A DNA stretch of 63,222 bases, filler included, from Choristocarpus tenellus KU-1152 (lineage: Eukaryota > Protista > Phaeophyceae): assembly GCA_964200185.2 (NCBI GenBank). It is 10 parts of 10 records of this genome, joined end to end, with 100 filler letters (N's around TTAATTAATTAA, not from the genome) between each part and the next. Parts side by side here need not be neighbours in the genome. Positions count along the whole stretch, not along the records: positions 36,690 to 47,606 come from CAXNAD020002628.1; positions 47,707 to 55,414 come from CAXNAD020005712.1; 8 more parts are not named here. One strand, 5' to 3'. The notes beneath the pieces were generated by a model that saw nothing but the letters and a program-made list of their open reading frames with translations, ran no database searches and was not told the DNA's origin. Positions 36,843 to 51,036 of this stretch are shown in pieces. Both the position numbers and the translations under genes were made by a program. The stretch's first letter is position 1, and the number at the start of each line of letters is the position of its first letter.

Positions 36843-39800
36843 CTTGAAGGCAACATCCTCGTATGGTGGACCAGCATGGAAGCGCAAGATGGCAAATCCA
36901 GGGTGGTCCGCTTTTTCCAGTATGTACTTGGGTGTCTCCTGTCGGTCAATGAGATCTGGGTAGAACACATTGAACTTGTACCCCTGCAGTAAAAAAAAGA
37001 AGAAAATAGGAGACTGCATGAGAGGGGACAAAAGAAAATCAAATGTAGGCAGGTGAAGGGATGCTGTATATTACCCCAGGAAACAAGGAACAAAAACTGA
37101 TACACTATACCAAGAGGAAAAAACTAGTACACCTGCTGTGCTTCTATTGTAGCCGACTCCTGAAAAAAAACAGAAATAAGTAGCACTCACTTTCCTACAC
37201 ATGCTAAAAAATGTTACAAACTCTTTCTGAACCTAACCCCATCCTTCAGCTATTAATAACCACTTCTCAAAATCTTAAGACCCAACATCCTGTGTGCACC
37301 ATGGATGGCTGACACCAAACACCTAACATAGAGGCAAGACGAGCCATACAGCAAACAGAAGGCCGTCGCTGAAAACCGACCTAAGTAGCCCTCTTGACCC
37401 TATGCACACGCACACAGACACACACACAGAGATCGCACCACAGGTTGTCCTACCATGTTTCAAGACATTGTGCTACCCCCCCCTTCCCACTATTCTTGTG
37501 GTGCAACAATGAAATAAGCCACAAACATATTGTCGCTCAATCAACTACATCTTCATGAGTTCGGAGTATGCCCCCCCAGCCCATACACTTTGTTCATGTA
37601 AAAAAAAAAAAATGTTTTGAAGGCGACTTTTTCATCGGACCAGCAAATAGATCAATAGAGTCACAAGCGTTCCTTTTTTCAACAACTACATCCTATGTAG
37701 GTGCTGCCCAGTGTAGTGTACACATACACCACATTCCCCCCCCAAAATATTTCAACCATCTGATTCCCTTTGAATACACTTACCATTTCAAAGCTATCAG
37801 GTGAAACAAAAGCACACACACTGGCCTTGCTCACACCCCCTTTCACTGTGGAAACAGTGTACTACATGGGGGTACCACTACAGGCTACACACAAGCGCAG
37901 AGTCTCAGCATGTGCAACCACTGGGTGAAGGGGGGTGGGAACAGTCAGGAGGCCTTCAATGGCTCAAGGAACAACATAACTCATTGCACAAACTTCAAAT
38001 CCAACTATAACCACAACCCAACCAGTACGCAAAAGGCCTTTCTTATACTTCTCACCTGTACAGTCTTGGGAGGCGGGTTGTCATGGTCATAGTGCGTCTG
38101 GTTGTACTTGTTCCAGTCATAGCCAGTCTTCACTCGGTTGAAGTATCGAGGCTTGCGTGGTCGGAACTTGTCATGCCACCAGTACGTCTGTGAGAGGGGG
38201 GGGGGGGGGAGAGATTACAGTTGGTATTGGGATTACAATGTCTGAAACATGGGATTCAACAAGTTCAACACATCAGTATTTCTAACAAGACAAGAGTTAA
38301 CCAAGAGGTGAAAAAGAAGTTAAGGGTTAGGGTTGCTCAAGGTATACCACCGCAACGCAGTAGAGGTAAAGGAGGAAAGAAAAAAAAGGAGAAGACACAT
38401 GCCCACGCATGATTGTTTAAAGGGTGGGGGTGGTTATGAAACTATAATTGGCCTTTTTGTAAAGGTATATGTGTCAGCACACCCAGGACGATGTATTGCT
38501 CAACACTATAAATAATGTTGCCCTAGAAGGTTCAGCTATAGTCAAATCGCAACGCCCACTATCCAGGAAAACATTTGGTGACAAGCTGCCTTACTATGGC
38601 AGTTGATACGGTTAGGGTTGGCACCATTTGGTGCACAACATCTATAGTGTAGAAGTGAGGAGGAATGAGAAGAGCATACCACGGAGAGTATGATGTACTT
38701 AAATATAGGTGATACAAGTATCAACGAGGTAAGGGAGACTGCAGAGCAAGTACACCCTATTATGATCACTATAGCTCAAAGGACATACCAGTTCCCTCCT
38801 TCACTCTCTACTAGTGTGAACCATGTCAATGTGAACCATGCTAATGTTACCAGCATCTTAAATACACAAACAATACTTGAAATATATGACCAAGACATGA
38901 ACTAAAAATACAAAATTCCATATTTGCACACACACACCCTCCCTCACAGAGGAACTACACTGAGATTGAGAGTGCAGAGGTCTGAGAGAGGTTGCAGGGC
39001 TTTTTGTCAAATACAACACATGGCTATTTCATCAGCGGGAATCTTTTTGTTGGACCAAATGCCCATTACTCCTCACTATTGTTACAACATTGATGCTATT
39101 TCTTATCTCCCTATTGTGTATCATAACCAGCATCACAAGGAAAACCCCCTTCAACCAGACATGACTAATACACAACTTTTCAAGCTCACCTTTCCTCCAA
39201 TGTCCACTTCGTCTGCCAGATCCATACCTTCCTCCATTGCCCCCATTCCCTTACGTGCCTCGTGTGCAAGCATGCCCTGCAACCAGGAGCGATTCATAGG
39301 CAACACAAGCAATCATACGCAACCATCCACAGTACCACCACCACGAGGGGGATAGGAACAATGCGGGAGGCAGCAGCAACAGTAGCAGAGGGTCACAAAT
39401 ATATGTACTGTCATTAGCTGGAGGTGGTTGGGGGGTGGGGAGGTTAATGCGGCAAGAGCAGTGCAGCTCTTATAGTACTTGGGAGGGGTCATTCTCTGTG
39501 CTACAGGTGGAAAATAGTGTCGCATGGGGAGCACAAAGGTCTTAAGGCTAGGGGAAAATGTCACCAAAAAATGTACACTGAATGGTCATATTGGACAACG
39601 GGGTGGACTGCTCCTCCTCATCTACTCCCAACGCCTTCCCAATATGAGACCTGGGCAGAGGATCAAATCGATTGAATACCTCACAAGCAAAACAAAAACA
39701 AACTTGATCACCAAACTCGTTCACAACTCACAAAAACAAACCCCATTTCAAGACCTGGCCTTACAAGCCCTGAACGGGTCTGAGATGGAACGACAACGAG

Positions 39801-39846
39801 ATGGCTCCCAAACCTTGACCTCAACAAGATCTACATAGATAGAGAT

Positions 39847-39880
<34 letters not shown>

Positions 39881-42385
39881 CACCGTAACAAGAGGGAGTC
39901 AAATCGTTACCTTTACCACACAAGACACTCACACAAGTTTGAAGCGCTGTTCAGGCACAGGGGTACCCCCCAAAAAACATCAAGGCATTAAAAATATGAA
40001 TAACAAATTTATCACTGAAAGAATTAAGTTTTGATAAAGAAATAAAATCAGAATCTGTAACTACTACATGGTCTGAGGTCAAAAACATAAAAAAACAGCT
40101 ACTACTATGGACTACAAACATACATCACACACACTGAAAAATTCACTGCTCTTTCGATACACAGTGTCAACCCCAACATGCACCCATCCTTTACCAGGGC
40201 CTGCTCTGAAGAGTCTGCCGCCGCTCCCCCATCTCCCTTCACCCCAGCATCCTCCCCAACCTCCTCCTCGCCCTCCCCTTCCCCATCAGCCTTAGCGACT
40301 CGTTTGGATTTCATCTTGTCTCGCATGCCTAAAGCGGAACATTAGAGGAGGGGGGGGGGGTTGCATACAGAAGGGAGTGACACCAAATATATGAACAAAA
40401 AAATAATGACAAAGAAAATCAACAATGATGAAAACATACACATACACAGTGAGAGTAAGGAGACGTGTGTTGCAGTAGTCCCAATGCATCCTTATAGATC
40501 AAAATTACACTGTGGTTAACTGTATAGTAACATGTATTTTTCTGTGTAGTTTGACCTCAATATTCCACATATATTAACATTAATATTTATATATACTTGA
40601 GGTACAGGTATTCATAGTACTATACACAAGGGGGGGTACAAGCAATGTTCTTCATCTCATAGATGCTAACATATCTCATCTTATATGAAATATGTGTAGG
40701 ATTGTGTGAGGCAAGGGGGGTTTGCCTGGTGTACTGGGCAGTTGATTGGCTAAAGGGGTAGAGATCCCAAGGTCCTTGGATAATTCATCTCAGTGAGATG
40801 CAGCATATATATAGAGAGTCTTGCAACAGCACACGAAAAACAAAAGACGCATCCCTCTCATCATAAGAAACCCCACCAAAAAAGAGACCTAGCTGCTTCT
40901 ATGCAACAGCCTAAGTCACCTGATGGTGTCAAAATTCACCCCAACCAGGTCAACCTGTCCCCTCTTTCCCCCTTCCCATCTCATCTCATACACATTTTGT
41001 CCACACACCTTCAAGCCTCTCTAGCTGAGTCTCGAGCATCCTCTGATGAACCTCCCGGAGCTTGGCCACCGCCTGCCAAGTTAAACAAATACAACCAGTG
41101 CCAAAAAAATGAGGGGGAAGGGGAGGATGAGTGCATGCCAAATGCATATTAATCTGCAAAAAAAGGAGTTGCTTCTATTGACCCAAACAAGTGCTTTTGT
41201 CATACTACACCCCGCCTCCTACCCTTCCATAGCATTCTCTCCTCCTCACAAACACTCTCATGGCTAGGGTTAGGGTTGTGGTTTAAGGGAAGATTAGGGA
41301 CAATTTGTAGACCTGTGAATCAAAAGCACGTTCACATGTAAGTTACACCGGCTCTATTATAATTCAAATGTACATGCAGCCCTTCTTACACAGAAAAGGA
41401 GGCACTAATCACCGACCTTCCCATGGACAGAGCATTTCCACAAAAAATAAATAACCGATAGCATTGATTTTAACTTCACTTAAACAGATAGAAAATAACA
41501 ATATTTTAATACAATTTTTTATTTTACTTTCCGAAGTTTTGTAGTAATAATACAGTTGAAGCAAAAAATTGAAGGATTCCCTTGACCTTTGGCTTTGATT
41601 AATAATAATAATAACAAACACAATAACAATAAACCAAATCTAAGATTCACATCACTAAAAACTTGGCATACAATGTGATTCAGCCTTTCATTTCCAGTAT
41701 TGTACGAAGTATTATAATGGTATCCTATGAAAATCAATCACATCTAGAGCATTAAGACAAAACAGATATCCCTCATTCCTAAAAAAGTCATGTATGAAAA
41801 TTGCCATTTTTGACAATAAAAGCAGTTGGACAAATAAATAGTCAGGCACCTGCAATCCACAGCACAATAAATCAAACCCCTTTCCAGGCTAATATAATCT
41901 TCCTGTCAGAGCAAAAATCTCCTAACCCTAACCCTAACCCTAAGATTCCCTCAGATAAAGACTGATCCATGCTCCACTACAATACACCTACTGTATCAAA
42001 TGACTGGAAATATCACTGGTGGCGTAAATAATCAGCACACACAAGCAACGACAATTTTGATTTGAAACATGTCACTCACACATCAATTCTGCATTCCATA
42101 CACAGCCAACTGATTGTAATTTTCAATAGCCAATTGATTACTTTTGGTGGAAGATGTTTTACCTCTACATTTAACAGCACGCCATTCAAATCTCTACAAC
42201 AGAACAAGAAGCAGTTTAAATAGTATGTACTTCAAAATACACACAAAGGCCATGATGCACCATGGTAGATAACCTCAACAGATGGGTTTACAGACTAGTA
42301 AAAATAAATAAATATGTAACACCACACTACAGTGGTACTAGCTGTACTGCTCATCCTACTAGTTTATGAAAGAATAATGGGAGGC

Positions 42386-42430
<45 letters not shown>

Positions 42431-45400
42431 AAGATGTAAAACCCCATGTGTGTTCAAAGTGAATATACAACCATAACACAGTAACCTCCTCTTGCAGTAC
42501 AGCCCTGGCTCAATTTGCATTCAAACTCAAGACTATTGAGCTCAAGACATGAGGCCTAACCAAAGACTTGATCACTGTTGGCCTTAATGTGTCTTGTATA
42601 CTAAGAATATTCTAGGACCCTAATGAAATCCTCATCATGACCCCGCTCTCACCCCTGCCATCCATTCCTCCCCTGCTCACACCTGGTAAACATGCAACTC
42701 CTTGAGAACAGCCTCCCAGAACTCTGAGTCCACTCCCTCCCCTCCTCCACCCACCCCTCCACCTTCACCTATCTCAAGCATATCTTTTATCTTGGTCTCC
42801 TGGCCCTTGAGCTCCTCCAGACTCTTATCCTCAAATTTGGCAACAACATCACCCAGCACTGTCTGCCCCCACCATACAACATTCCAGGTATGTATTGTAG
42901 TAGGGTATTAATATCATCCATAGATACATTTGGTGAAGATTTTCCATGCACAGCTACACATCACACATAAGGTTGAACAAAACTAATGCAGGCATGTATA
43001 TATCGGACAGGGTATCAGTCTATGTAGTATGCAGGCAAGAAACCAAAAGGTATTGGTTATACACAGAAGTTGCTAATTAACAACATCAGGAGGAGGGCGG
43101 CTATATCATTGATGGAAAGAGAGGAAACTCAGAGCATTTTGGTAGTGTGGTTGTGGCCTAATACACATGTTTGTCTTACACACAGATCAAAGTATTAATA
43201 GCATACATCAGGCGTGTAGGCAGTTACAATCAACCGCACAAAGAGCACGCCTTCCAAGATTAAGAAACAATTAGGTGCATGTCAAGAAGCCAAGACAAAA
43301 CACAACTTCCCACCATGGAAACCTCAACACCATACACCAAGTACTACTAATAGCATCAAATATTGCAACTCTACTTCACCTCAATACTTAAAACACCAAT
43401 CACCACAGAACAAGCACACAATCTACACTACCATCACCCACTGCCATCAACCCAACCCCACAACTCTAGCCTCTCCCCTCCTCTCCCTTCCCCTCACCTT
43501 ATGTACACCTCCAGTGGCTACTCCCCCATCACCATCTCCTTCTCGCTCCCTAGCTTTGGTCAGCTTGCTCTCACAAACTACTGCCAATGCAGACCAAAAG
43601 TCCCTGTTTGGACTGGTGGAGGTGGGTTGTGGGGTTAGGGATAGGGTTCAAAATCTAGAAAGAAAAAAAGACGATCAGTTTTGTCACTGAGGAGGCATTA
43701 TTTCAATATTACCATCAACAATACTTTCAAAAACGCTAGTGAGGATATTATGGTAGAAGTCTTTGAGAGAATGCTCAAAAGAGGACACTCTAGTACACAA
43801 CATTACCCCTACACCCATTGGCCAGACTTTTTTTCAAGTGTGAACATTCACAAACTCTGCCCATTTTTCTTATAAAACTGCTGCCAAAACCTCAAACTGC
43901 TTGAGTTTTTAGGGTGGTTGGGGTAGGGCAAGATGAACAGGGAGGGGGGCAGTCGTGGTTGGGGACAGACAGTTACTACAAGTAAAAAGCAAAGTGCATT
44001 GATGACACAAGCAAAGGTATCATAGTTTCATAATAGATAGGGAAGACCCTCCAGGATACTATAAGCAAAATAGATATATTTTTAAACACAATCTGGTTCA
44101 CACTGATACAACAAATCACAAACACGATGCATACATTCATACACACACATACATAAATACATACACACACATGTATACATACACACACATGTATACATAC
44201 ACACACACATACACATACATATATACACATATACACACATACATAAATACATAAATAAAAGTAGTTACGAGAAGGTTACGGTGAGAAAAAGACACAAAAA
44301 AGGATAATAAGATCAACTCAAACCTGAGAAAATCTCTTCGGAGCAACGCCTGACAAGGTATGTATGTATAGAAGCAGACACAATAACACTCCCTACAGTA
44401 ACTTCAAATGCACATGAAAGTACAAGTATTTTGTACTAAATATGGCATGTATCTCACCCATCTTCCCCCACCAAATCCAAGTACCCCGCAATCTCCACTT
44501 CCAACTGCTCCAGGTCCTCCAGGTTCAGCCCATTGAAAAGCTGAAAAAAAATAGAGCAACATAAACAAAACACAGCACCAGAAAAAAACATTAAAAAAAA
44601 GAAAAACACAAACAAAACACAGCACCAGAAAAAAAACTAAGAATAAACAAACAAGAGTATTAGGTTAATGCTTACAGCAAAAACGTTTAACATCAACCCT
44701 AACCCTCAACACCACAAACATAGAAAAAAAATCTCAACAGCATTCATAATGCCATTGTTACAAATAGCAAAACAACAGAAAAAAAGAAGAAATGGGGACG
44801 ATTACAGTCGGCAGCACAGTAGTACATCGTAGTAGTAGTCAGTACAAATAAAAGTAACAAAGAAACCGCCGGAAATATTTTGTAGTAACTACTACTTTCA
44901 GAAAAAAAAATTGAAAACTCTGTATCATCTCATTTACAATTACAGGAATTTAGGGTACCCTGGATTTGGCACAGAATCCCCTCCCAAAAGACAAGAATAT
45001 GTTCATTTCACTGCTGTTGCAGCCACCACAACTCTGCATAAAGAGGTTACTATCAGATAAATACATATGTGTACAGGGTTAGGATTAGCCGAGAGCACCC
45101 TCTACATTGCCATTTTTCAGAACACATGCACCACGAGTGAGTCAAGAGGAGACCCTTTAAAACTTGACACCACACCCCTCTAGTGTGGCACCACTCATCA
45201 AACACACCACTTCACCCACCCACCCTGATCCCCCCCCCCCCTTTGTTAAAGAGATCCGAAAAGCGTCCTGTAGGGAAAAAAAGTAAATTTCGGTTGTCGC
45301 ACAANNNNNNNNNNCCACCCTGATCCCCCCCTCCCCTTGGTTAGAGCTAACCCTAACCCTATCTCTATAGAGATTCCACTAATAATAATAATAATAATAC

Positions 45401-47473
45401 TGATAATGATGACATTAGTGCCTACAATTCTTCCTTCCGTCCCTTCCTCGAACCTGGTATGGCTCTCTCAGCTCCATCTCCAGACCGCTGATGTCAACAT
45501 CTCCCTTTTCCTCAAACTTGATACCAATCTGAGAGCCATACGCATATCACACATGAGCATCAAAACACAACATCAACATACAACAGTAACAACAATCAAG
45601 ACCAGCGAAGGAAGGGAAGGGGTGAGCTACATTATAATAGTTACATTACAATAGATATATTATAATAGTCATATCATAATAGTTATATCATCAAAGAGTC
45701 TTCAATTAAACCATGAGTCATCTCTCAACATTTACCTTTTATTGTTTTATTGTACGTTGTGGACAAAGACTTGCCAATTTTGAAAAGTTATCAGGCCAGC
45801 ATCGCCTGTTCAGGTCTTGAAATGATGAAACCACCCGTGAGGAGGAAGAGACAGAACACAAAGTAGATGCCAAGTGTGACAAGAAAGAGAGACTAGAAGA
45901 GTCTTTGTAGCCTTTGTAGCTGAAATCGTACTGAATATAAAATACCCTTTCATACATCCCTACACCTCAAATTGCGTCTAACAATTCGAGAACAGTCCCC
46001 AGGATGCCTGATACAAACAAATGTATGATATAAACAAATGTATGATACAAACAAATGTATGATACAAACAAATGTATGATATAAACAAATGTATGATACA
46101 AACAAATGTATGTATGATACAAACAAATGTATGTATGATACAAACAAATGTATGTATGATATAAACAAATGTATGATACAAACAAACGTATGATACAAAC
46201 AAATCTATGTAAGTTCAGACCAAAGTTCAGACCAATGTGAGGTCACCGTTCAGATGATGCCTTCTCATTTTGCACCCAGTCTGAGGCTCATTGTCCACAA
46301 CCCAAAGGGAAAGCAAAAATCTGGTCTGAAGAGGACTCCACGCCATCTAAACCAAAAAAAGACATACATCAACAATAGAAATTACAGTACTAGGAAGGGG
46401 AGGCCACCCAGGTTGATAATACATAGAATTAAAAAAAAATAGTATGATGTAGATAATCCACTGATAGTAGTAAACCATTACAGGGAACAAAATAAAATGC
46501 CAGCGGATAGGCTCGGTACAGGAGTAAGGGGACACTCAGTAAGTTGCACAGCAGATTTGCAGGTACTTGGTGCTATCTCAGCTGCAGCTTGCTTCATACA
46601 CTAGATGATATTTCGTGAAAATGATCATTGAGTGATTATTAAGTGATTATTGAGTGATGGCCCTCACACCCTCTATCGCATTGCTATTATAACTCTTAAA
46701 AATAAAAATATTTAGGGTCGGGGCATCTTCTAAAGCGGTGGGCTTCAAGGCAAGGATATCAGGCATCCAACAGAAAGATGTACTGAGCTCATCCAATTGA
46801 TACCGTCACCACCATGAGGTACATGCAAATTGGGGCAAGGTGTAGGACAATGGTCAACACCATACTTGAAGTGTATTTCTCATCAAAGAGGTATTCGCTA
46901 CTACATGCACCCAGTCCTCCTGCAGCACCCAATATTGTCTACACTGGAAGTAAGGGTTAAGGTTAGGGTTACCAATTCTCCTTACTCATATACTCTGTCA
47001 TTCATATTAGGGTAGGGTCCCACCCAGGGAGTATATGAAATATATCAAATATAGATGGGAAGCGCTCTATCTAGTCAGGAGCTTCCATCAAAACACAGAT
47101 TGGCAAGAGTAAAAAGGAAATCAGTGACACACCTCCTGCAACATGCAAATACTACACCTTGAACTACTTAGATCAGTTGAGTCAAAAAAGGGTACGACTT
47201 AGATACGAAACATAAAAATAAAATATACATTTGTGAACATGGTTGTGAATGTACAGTACTTTGACACACACACACACACACACACAAAATTGATGCGGGC
47301 ATCAAGAGGGTTGGGTGTGAAGATTAGCAGAGAGAGGGACAGGCTAAGACCGGCAATATCGCTCTTTACCCTTTCCTCTTGACCATTACCTCTTCTGCAC
47401 TCTGGTCACCAAACAGCAGAACGTTCTTGGCTAGGCGGTCAATGGGCTTGTCACGCCCCTCCACGAGTCGGAT
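36843..47473 (-). CDS. CACTIN: Cactin (spliceosome-associated factor), partial, 10 exons
   Basis: Exons 47473-47390 (IRLVEGRDKPIDRLAKN), 45528-45454, 44540-44458, 43612-43498 (DFWSALAVVC), 42862-42683 (VDSEFWEAVLKEL), 41072-41009 (AKLREVHQRML), 40328-40195, 39276-39190, 38187-38056 (YWWHDKFRPRKPRYFNRVKTGYDWNKYNQTHYDHDNPPPKTVQ) and 36983-36843 (GYKFNVFYPDLID...FHAGPPYEDVAFK). All introns GT-AG with matching phases. Confidence 0.95.
46008..46203. repeat. Intronic minisatellite, 17/21-bp unit TGATACAAACAAATGTA(TGTA)
   Basis: About 11 tandem units. Confidence 0.92.
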
Positions 47474-47755
47474 CTATCGTGACAGACAATAGAGCAATAA
47501 CCACAAAAAATAAAATTATGTAATATTCCCAAGCCAAAAGGGGGGGAAGGCAAGGGAACTGAGTGTGTCTGTGGGAGAGGAGGGGGGCGGGGGTATTGCT
47601 GGATTGNNNNNNNNNNNNNNNNNNNNNNNNNNNNNNNNNNNNNNNNNNNNTTAATTAATTAANNNNNNNNNNNNNNNNNNNNNNNNNNNNNNNNNNNNNN
47701 NNNNNNCCCCCCCTCCCAGATACTTTGGGTCATAGGAACACTCTAGAAGCCCAGT

Positions 47756-48014
47756 CAGTCAAAGTATCTTAGAGGGTAGAGCCGCATCCATTTGGGCCAA
47801 AATCCAATGTTCTGATTCTTCTGTAATTTTGGCTATCGTGTTTGATAGGACGAGTCAATATCCTTGTTCCGGACACACACATCTTCATAAGGTAAACATT
47901 TTAACTACTCTGAAACAGTTCGGAGTAGGAAAATGTCATAAAAAAACGAATGGGAAGTCAAGCCCCAAACGGACAAACAGGGCAAAACTCGTACTCTCTA
48001 AGATAAGTTCACTC
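47756..48014. mobile_element. MITE family A, full copy (a family B end lies at 47707-47731)
   Basis: CAGTCAAAGTATCTTAGAGGGTA...TACTCTCTAAGATAAGTTCACTC. TSD AGT at 47753-47755 and 48015-48017. Confidence 0.88.
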
Positions 48015-48344
48015 AGTGCTGCAAAATGAGTCTATCATTGACTGGGAGCATTGTCTTTGATGCAGCAGCCCTTGCAGTGCGGATAGGGGGCTGTGCTACT
48101 TCATTGTGATGACTCTATCTTTCTTAGTAGTCCTCCACAATACAGAACATACTGAACATAACTTGTACTCCAGAGTAGTTTACACATATCTTTGGTTTAG
48201 ATGATCACTTTATACAAGATATGACAGTAAGGTCCTGAGTTGCAGCAGCTACTATATCTTTTGTTCTCCTCACCTAGAATACAGTATTTTATCTGCCCAT
48301 TCCTAATTTTCTCCTACCTTGGCACAATTCGGCTATCCTTGCAG

Positions 48345-48519
48345 GTACAACTAACAGGTAAAGAAGAAAACATCGTTCGAGTTGCATTTGCAAAGCTGAG
48401 TGCTGCTGTTTTCAACCGCAACATTGACAAGAACATGGAGGAGGTGTTTGCAAGGGAAGGGAAGACTATTCATGATCCTGTTAAGTTTTGGACCTTTAAC
48501 CGTGTGCTTCATTTAGAGG
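48345..48519 (+). CDS. Candidate isolated exon of an unknown protein
   Basis: Pyrimidine tract and TTGCAG acceptor, open frame VQLTGKEENIVRVAFAKLSAAVFNRNIDKNMEEVFAREGKTIHDPVKFWTFNRVLHLE, then a GTGAGA donor. Confidence 0.4.
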
Positions 48520-48897
48520 GTGAGACAATATCAAGTAAAGAACCCCATCTGGATATCACAGGAATAAGTGGCTGTTATTGGTGTAGTGAAGGAATACAAG
48601 TTTGTTGACATCAGGATTGCCGGGAGCAACAATAGTTTAATGAGATAAGGGCAGACATTGGGGGGTTGTCAAACTGATTTTCCTGGCACAGAGCTCCCTT
48701 GGAAGGTGGAGGTAGAATTTGTGGGGGTTTTAACCTTAGGCAGAAGTGAATTCCCCGTTTGTTGGTGTACTAGTGCTCAAGTAGCTGCTATTGAGGATAT
48801 CAATTGATACACAGTAAACGTACTCGGTGCATACAGTACTTGTACTACATGATTATAATGTCCAAATTGCAGCACCCCTCTGAAGCATAGGGAGGAA

Positions 48898-49166
48898 GAG
48901 TCAAAGCATTTAAGAGGGTAGGAGTCTTGCCCTGTTTGTCCTTTTGGGGCTTGGCTTCTCACGGTTTTTTATGCCCTTTTTCGGATTTCTGTATGAACAC
49001 TGTTATATAAAGTGTAGACGAAATGTATACAACTATGAAAGGTGTGTCTGGAGCAATGATATTGACACTTGCCAACAAACACCATAGCCAAAATTAATCA
49101 AAATTGTAACATCGAATTTATGACCACATACAGACTCAACGCTCTACCTGCTTAAATTCTTTTGGT
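48898..49166. mobile_element. MITE family A, diverged subfamily
   Basis: GAGTCAAAGCATTTAAGAGGGTA start and homologous body, but the central hairpin is replaced. Probable TSD GAA. Confidence 0.75.
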
Positions 49167-50079
49167 TGAACATGAACAAGAGCTCTACATACTCTAGTAG
49201 TTAGCATGTCAAATCAATCCTTCTAATGAAGTTGCGAAATAGTACTACCCATCCCTTGACCATTTCAGGTTGATCACCTTTTTGCATGAGGATCTTCTGG
49301 TTTGGAGACAATGCATAACTTTTGAGAAGGGTTTCAGTTTGTGGTCTCATTAAATATTATTGAATATGACCTGGGCAGGGAGTCCATTAATCTCAGCAAT
49401 CGGGAAAAACCTAAAAAGTCTAAGATGCTTCTAACACTATGTTATCGTTGATTTTGAGGGTACTTGCCAAAACTTCTACCAATGTTCGTGTACCCTGCAA
49501 ATAAATCAACACATGTTTTGCTAGTGAGTGGCAAAATTGATGGCACGAGTCCCATCTCAGTGGAGGGAGTGTCAATCATGCACTTATAAGCGCTCAAAAG
49601 AAACTTGTTCATATGCAACAGCTTATTGCCCCTCAAGTTGTTCTTTCTTCACTTTGCCTCAGTAACAAGCAACATCCAACGTGACCTTTGCAGTGAGTCC
49701 TACATCTCCACTTGCCCCCCTTTGTCTGTTTCTCTACTGCATGCATATCTTGCAGCTAACCTCTCTTTCCGAGAGAGTCAACTCCTCTGGTACAAGTTCA
49801 TGCCAGTTGCAATCAATCACAACGGATCTCCTAACCAGGTCACCTTCTCCCTTTTCTTCGAAATTATGCAGCGTTTCCACAGTTGCATTCTTCGTGGTGA
49901 GGTTCTTGGACTGTCAGTGATAGACCCTGTCGCACCTTGCTGTTCTTCCTCTCTCTCCTCCTCCTAGTCTCTGAGTTAGGAAATGTTCCTTGTATGGTGT
50001 ATGTACTACACTCGATGAGTAATTTTCTTTGTAGCATCATATGGTACTGTGTATGTATCTACAAGAGTGTGTTTGCACG

Positions 50080-50207
50080 GGGCAGGGGGAAGGAAGTTTG
50101 TTGTCAAAATGTATGGACAGGAGTGATGTTTGGGCAGGGGGTGAGTGATGGTGGGCAGGGGGAAGGAAGTTTGTTGTCAAAATGTATGGACAGGAGTGAT
50201 GTTTGGG
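50080..50207. repeat. Direct duplication of ~55 bp, period ~73 bp
   Basis: GGGCAGGGGGAAGGAAGTTTGTTGTCAAAATGTATGGACAGGAGTGATGTTTGGG occurs twice. Confidence 0.9.
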
Positions 50208-51036
50208 TGGAAAAGGTGGAACATTGTGCACACACCGCACCGGTGTGTTTGCAGGTGTGTCTTTGCAGTGACTCTTCGATGAATGAAACACAACCAAACT
50301 TAGAGTTTCATCAAACCCATTCTTTGTGCAAGTCTCACAGACCTCATGTCTTGCGGATCATGCTCCTGACCGTGGGTCAAGGAGCATCGCCCATTTCTCC
50401 ATTGATCCCATTCATGTGCGGCTATTGTGATCGTGCCGTTTTTATATTGTGCACCCCTTGCTCATCCATGAACTGTAGGAATTCTTATTTCTACTTGTGC
50501 ATTTATCGCATTCCACCCACTAGTGAGCAATATATAATTGTGGATGTTGTAAGTGTTTGAGTACCACTTAAGGCAGGTGTGTTTCTACAACCAATGAGAT
50601 GAGTCTGCAACAGCATTTCAGCAACACATGACATAAATGGCCAAGTCTCACTTCATGAGTCCAATGCTGTAGTCACATTCTGGGTGAAATCCATCCAATC
50701 AGCTAGCTACCTATCCTGTAAAAAAATATTGCTGGTAGCTGCACCTGTTAAAGAATGTAGCATAGGACAGTCCTTAGCCACCATTCACCGCCTACCATCA
50801 TTGAGACAATCTTGTATTTGAACAGCCCCTGCTGATTGAGCACTTGGTGTATCCAGAGAACTCAGATAGCCTTGCCCCACAAATACACTTGAATACACTG
50901 AGTATTTATGATTGCAGTCCTCTGAATACTCCATACTAGATGGGTATTATATAATGTGTGTGTGAAATACACTTATTAGTTCTTACAATATCCAAACGTT
51001 TCGGCATTATATGAGCTGGAGGTGTAGAATATCATA

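Noticed and set aside
43976-44346. Cys/Val/Tyr-rich ORFs
   Set aside because: Translation of an (AC/AT)n microsatellite in a cactin intron.
45950-46202. Repetitive ORFs in three minus-strand frames and CRISPR-like periodicity
   Set aside because: A 17/21-bp minisatellite with no unique spacers and no cas genes, inside a cactin intron.
49937-50560. 207-aa Cys-rich ORF
   Set aside because: Partly built from a 73-bp-period duplication, with no recognisable domain or splice support.
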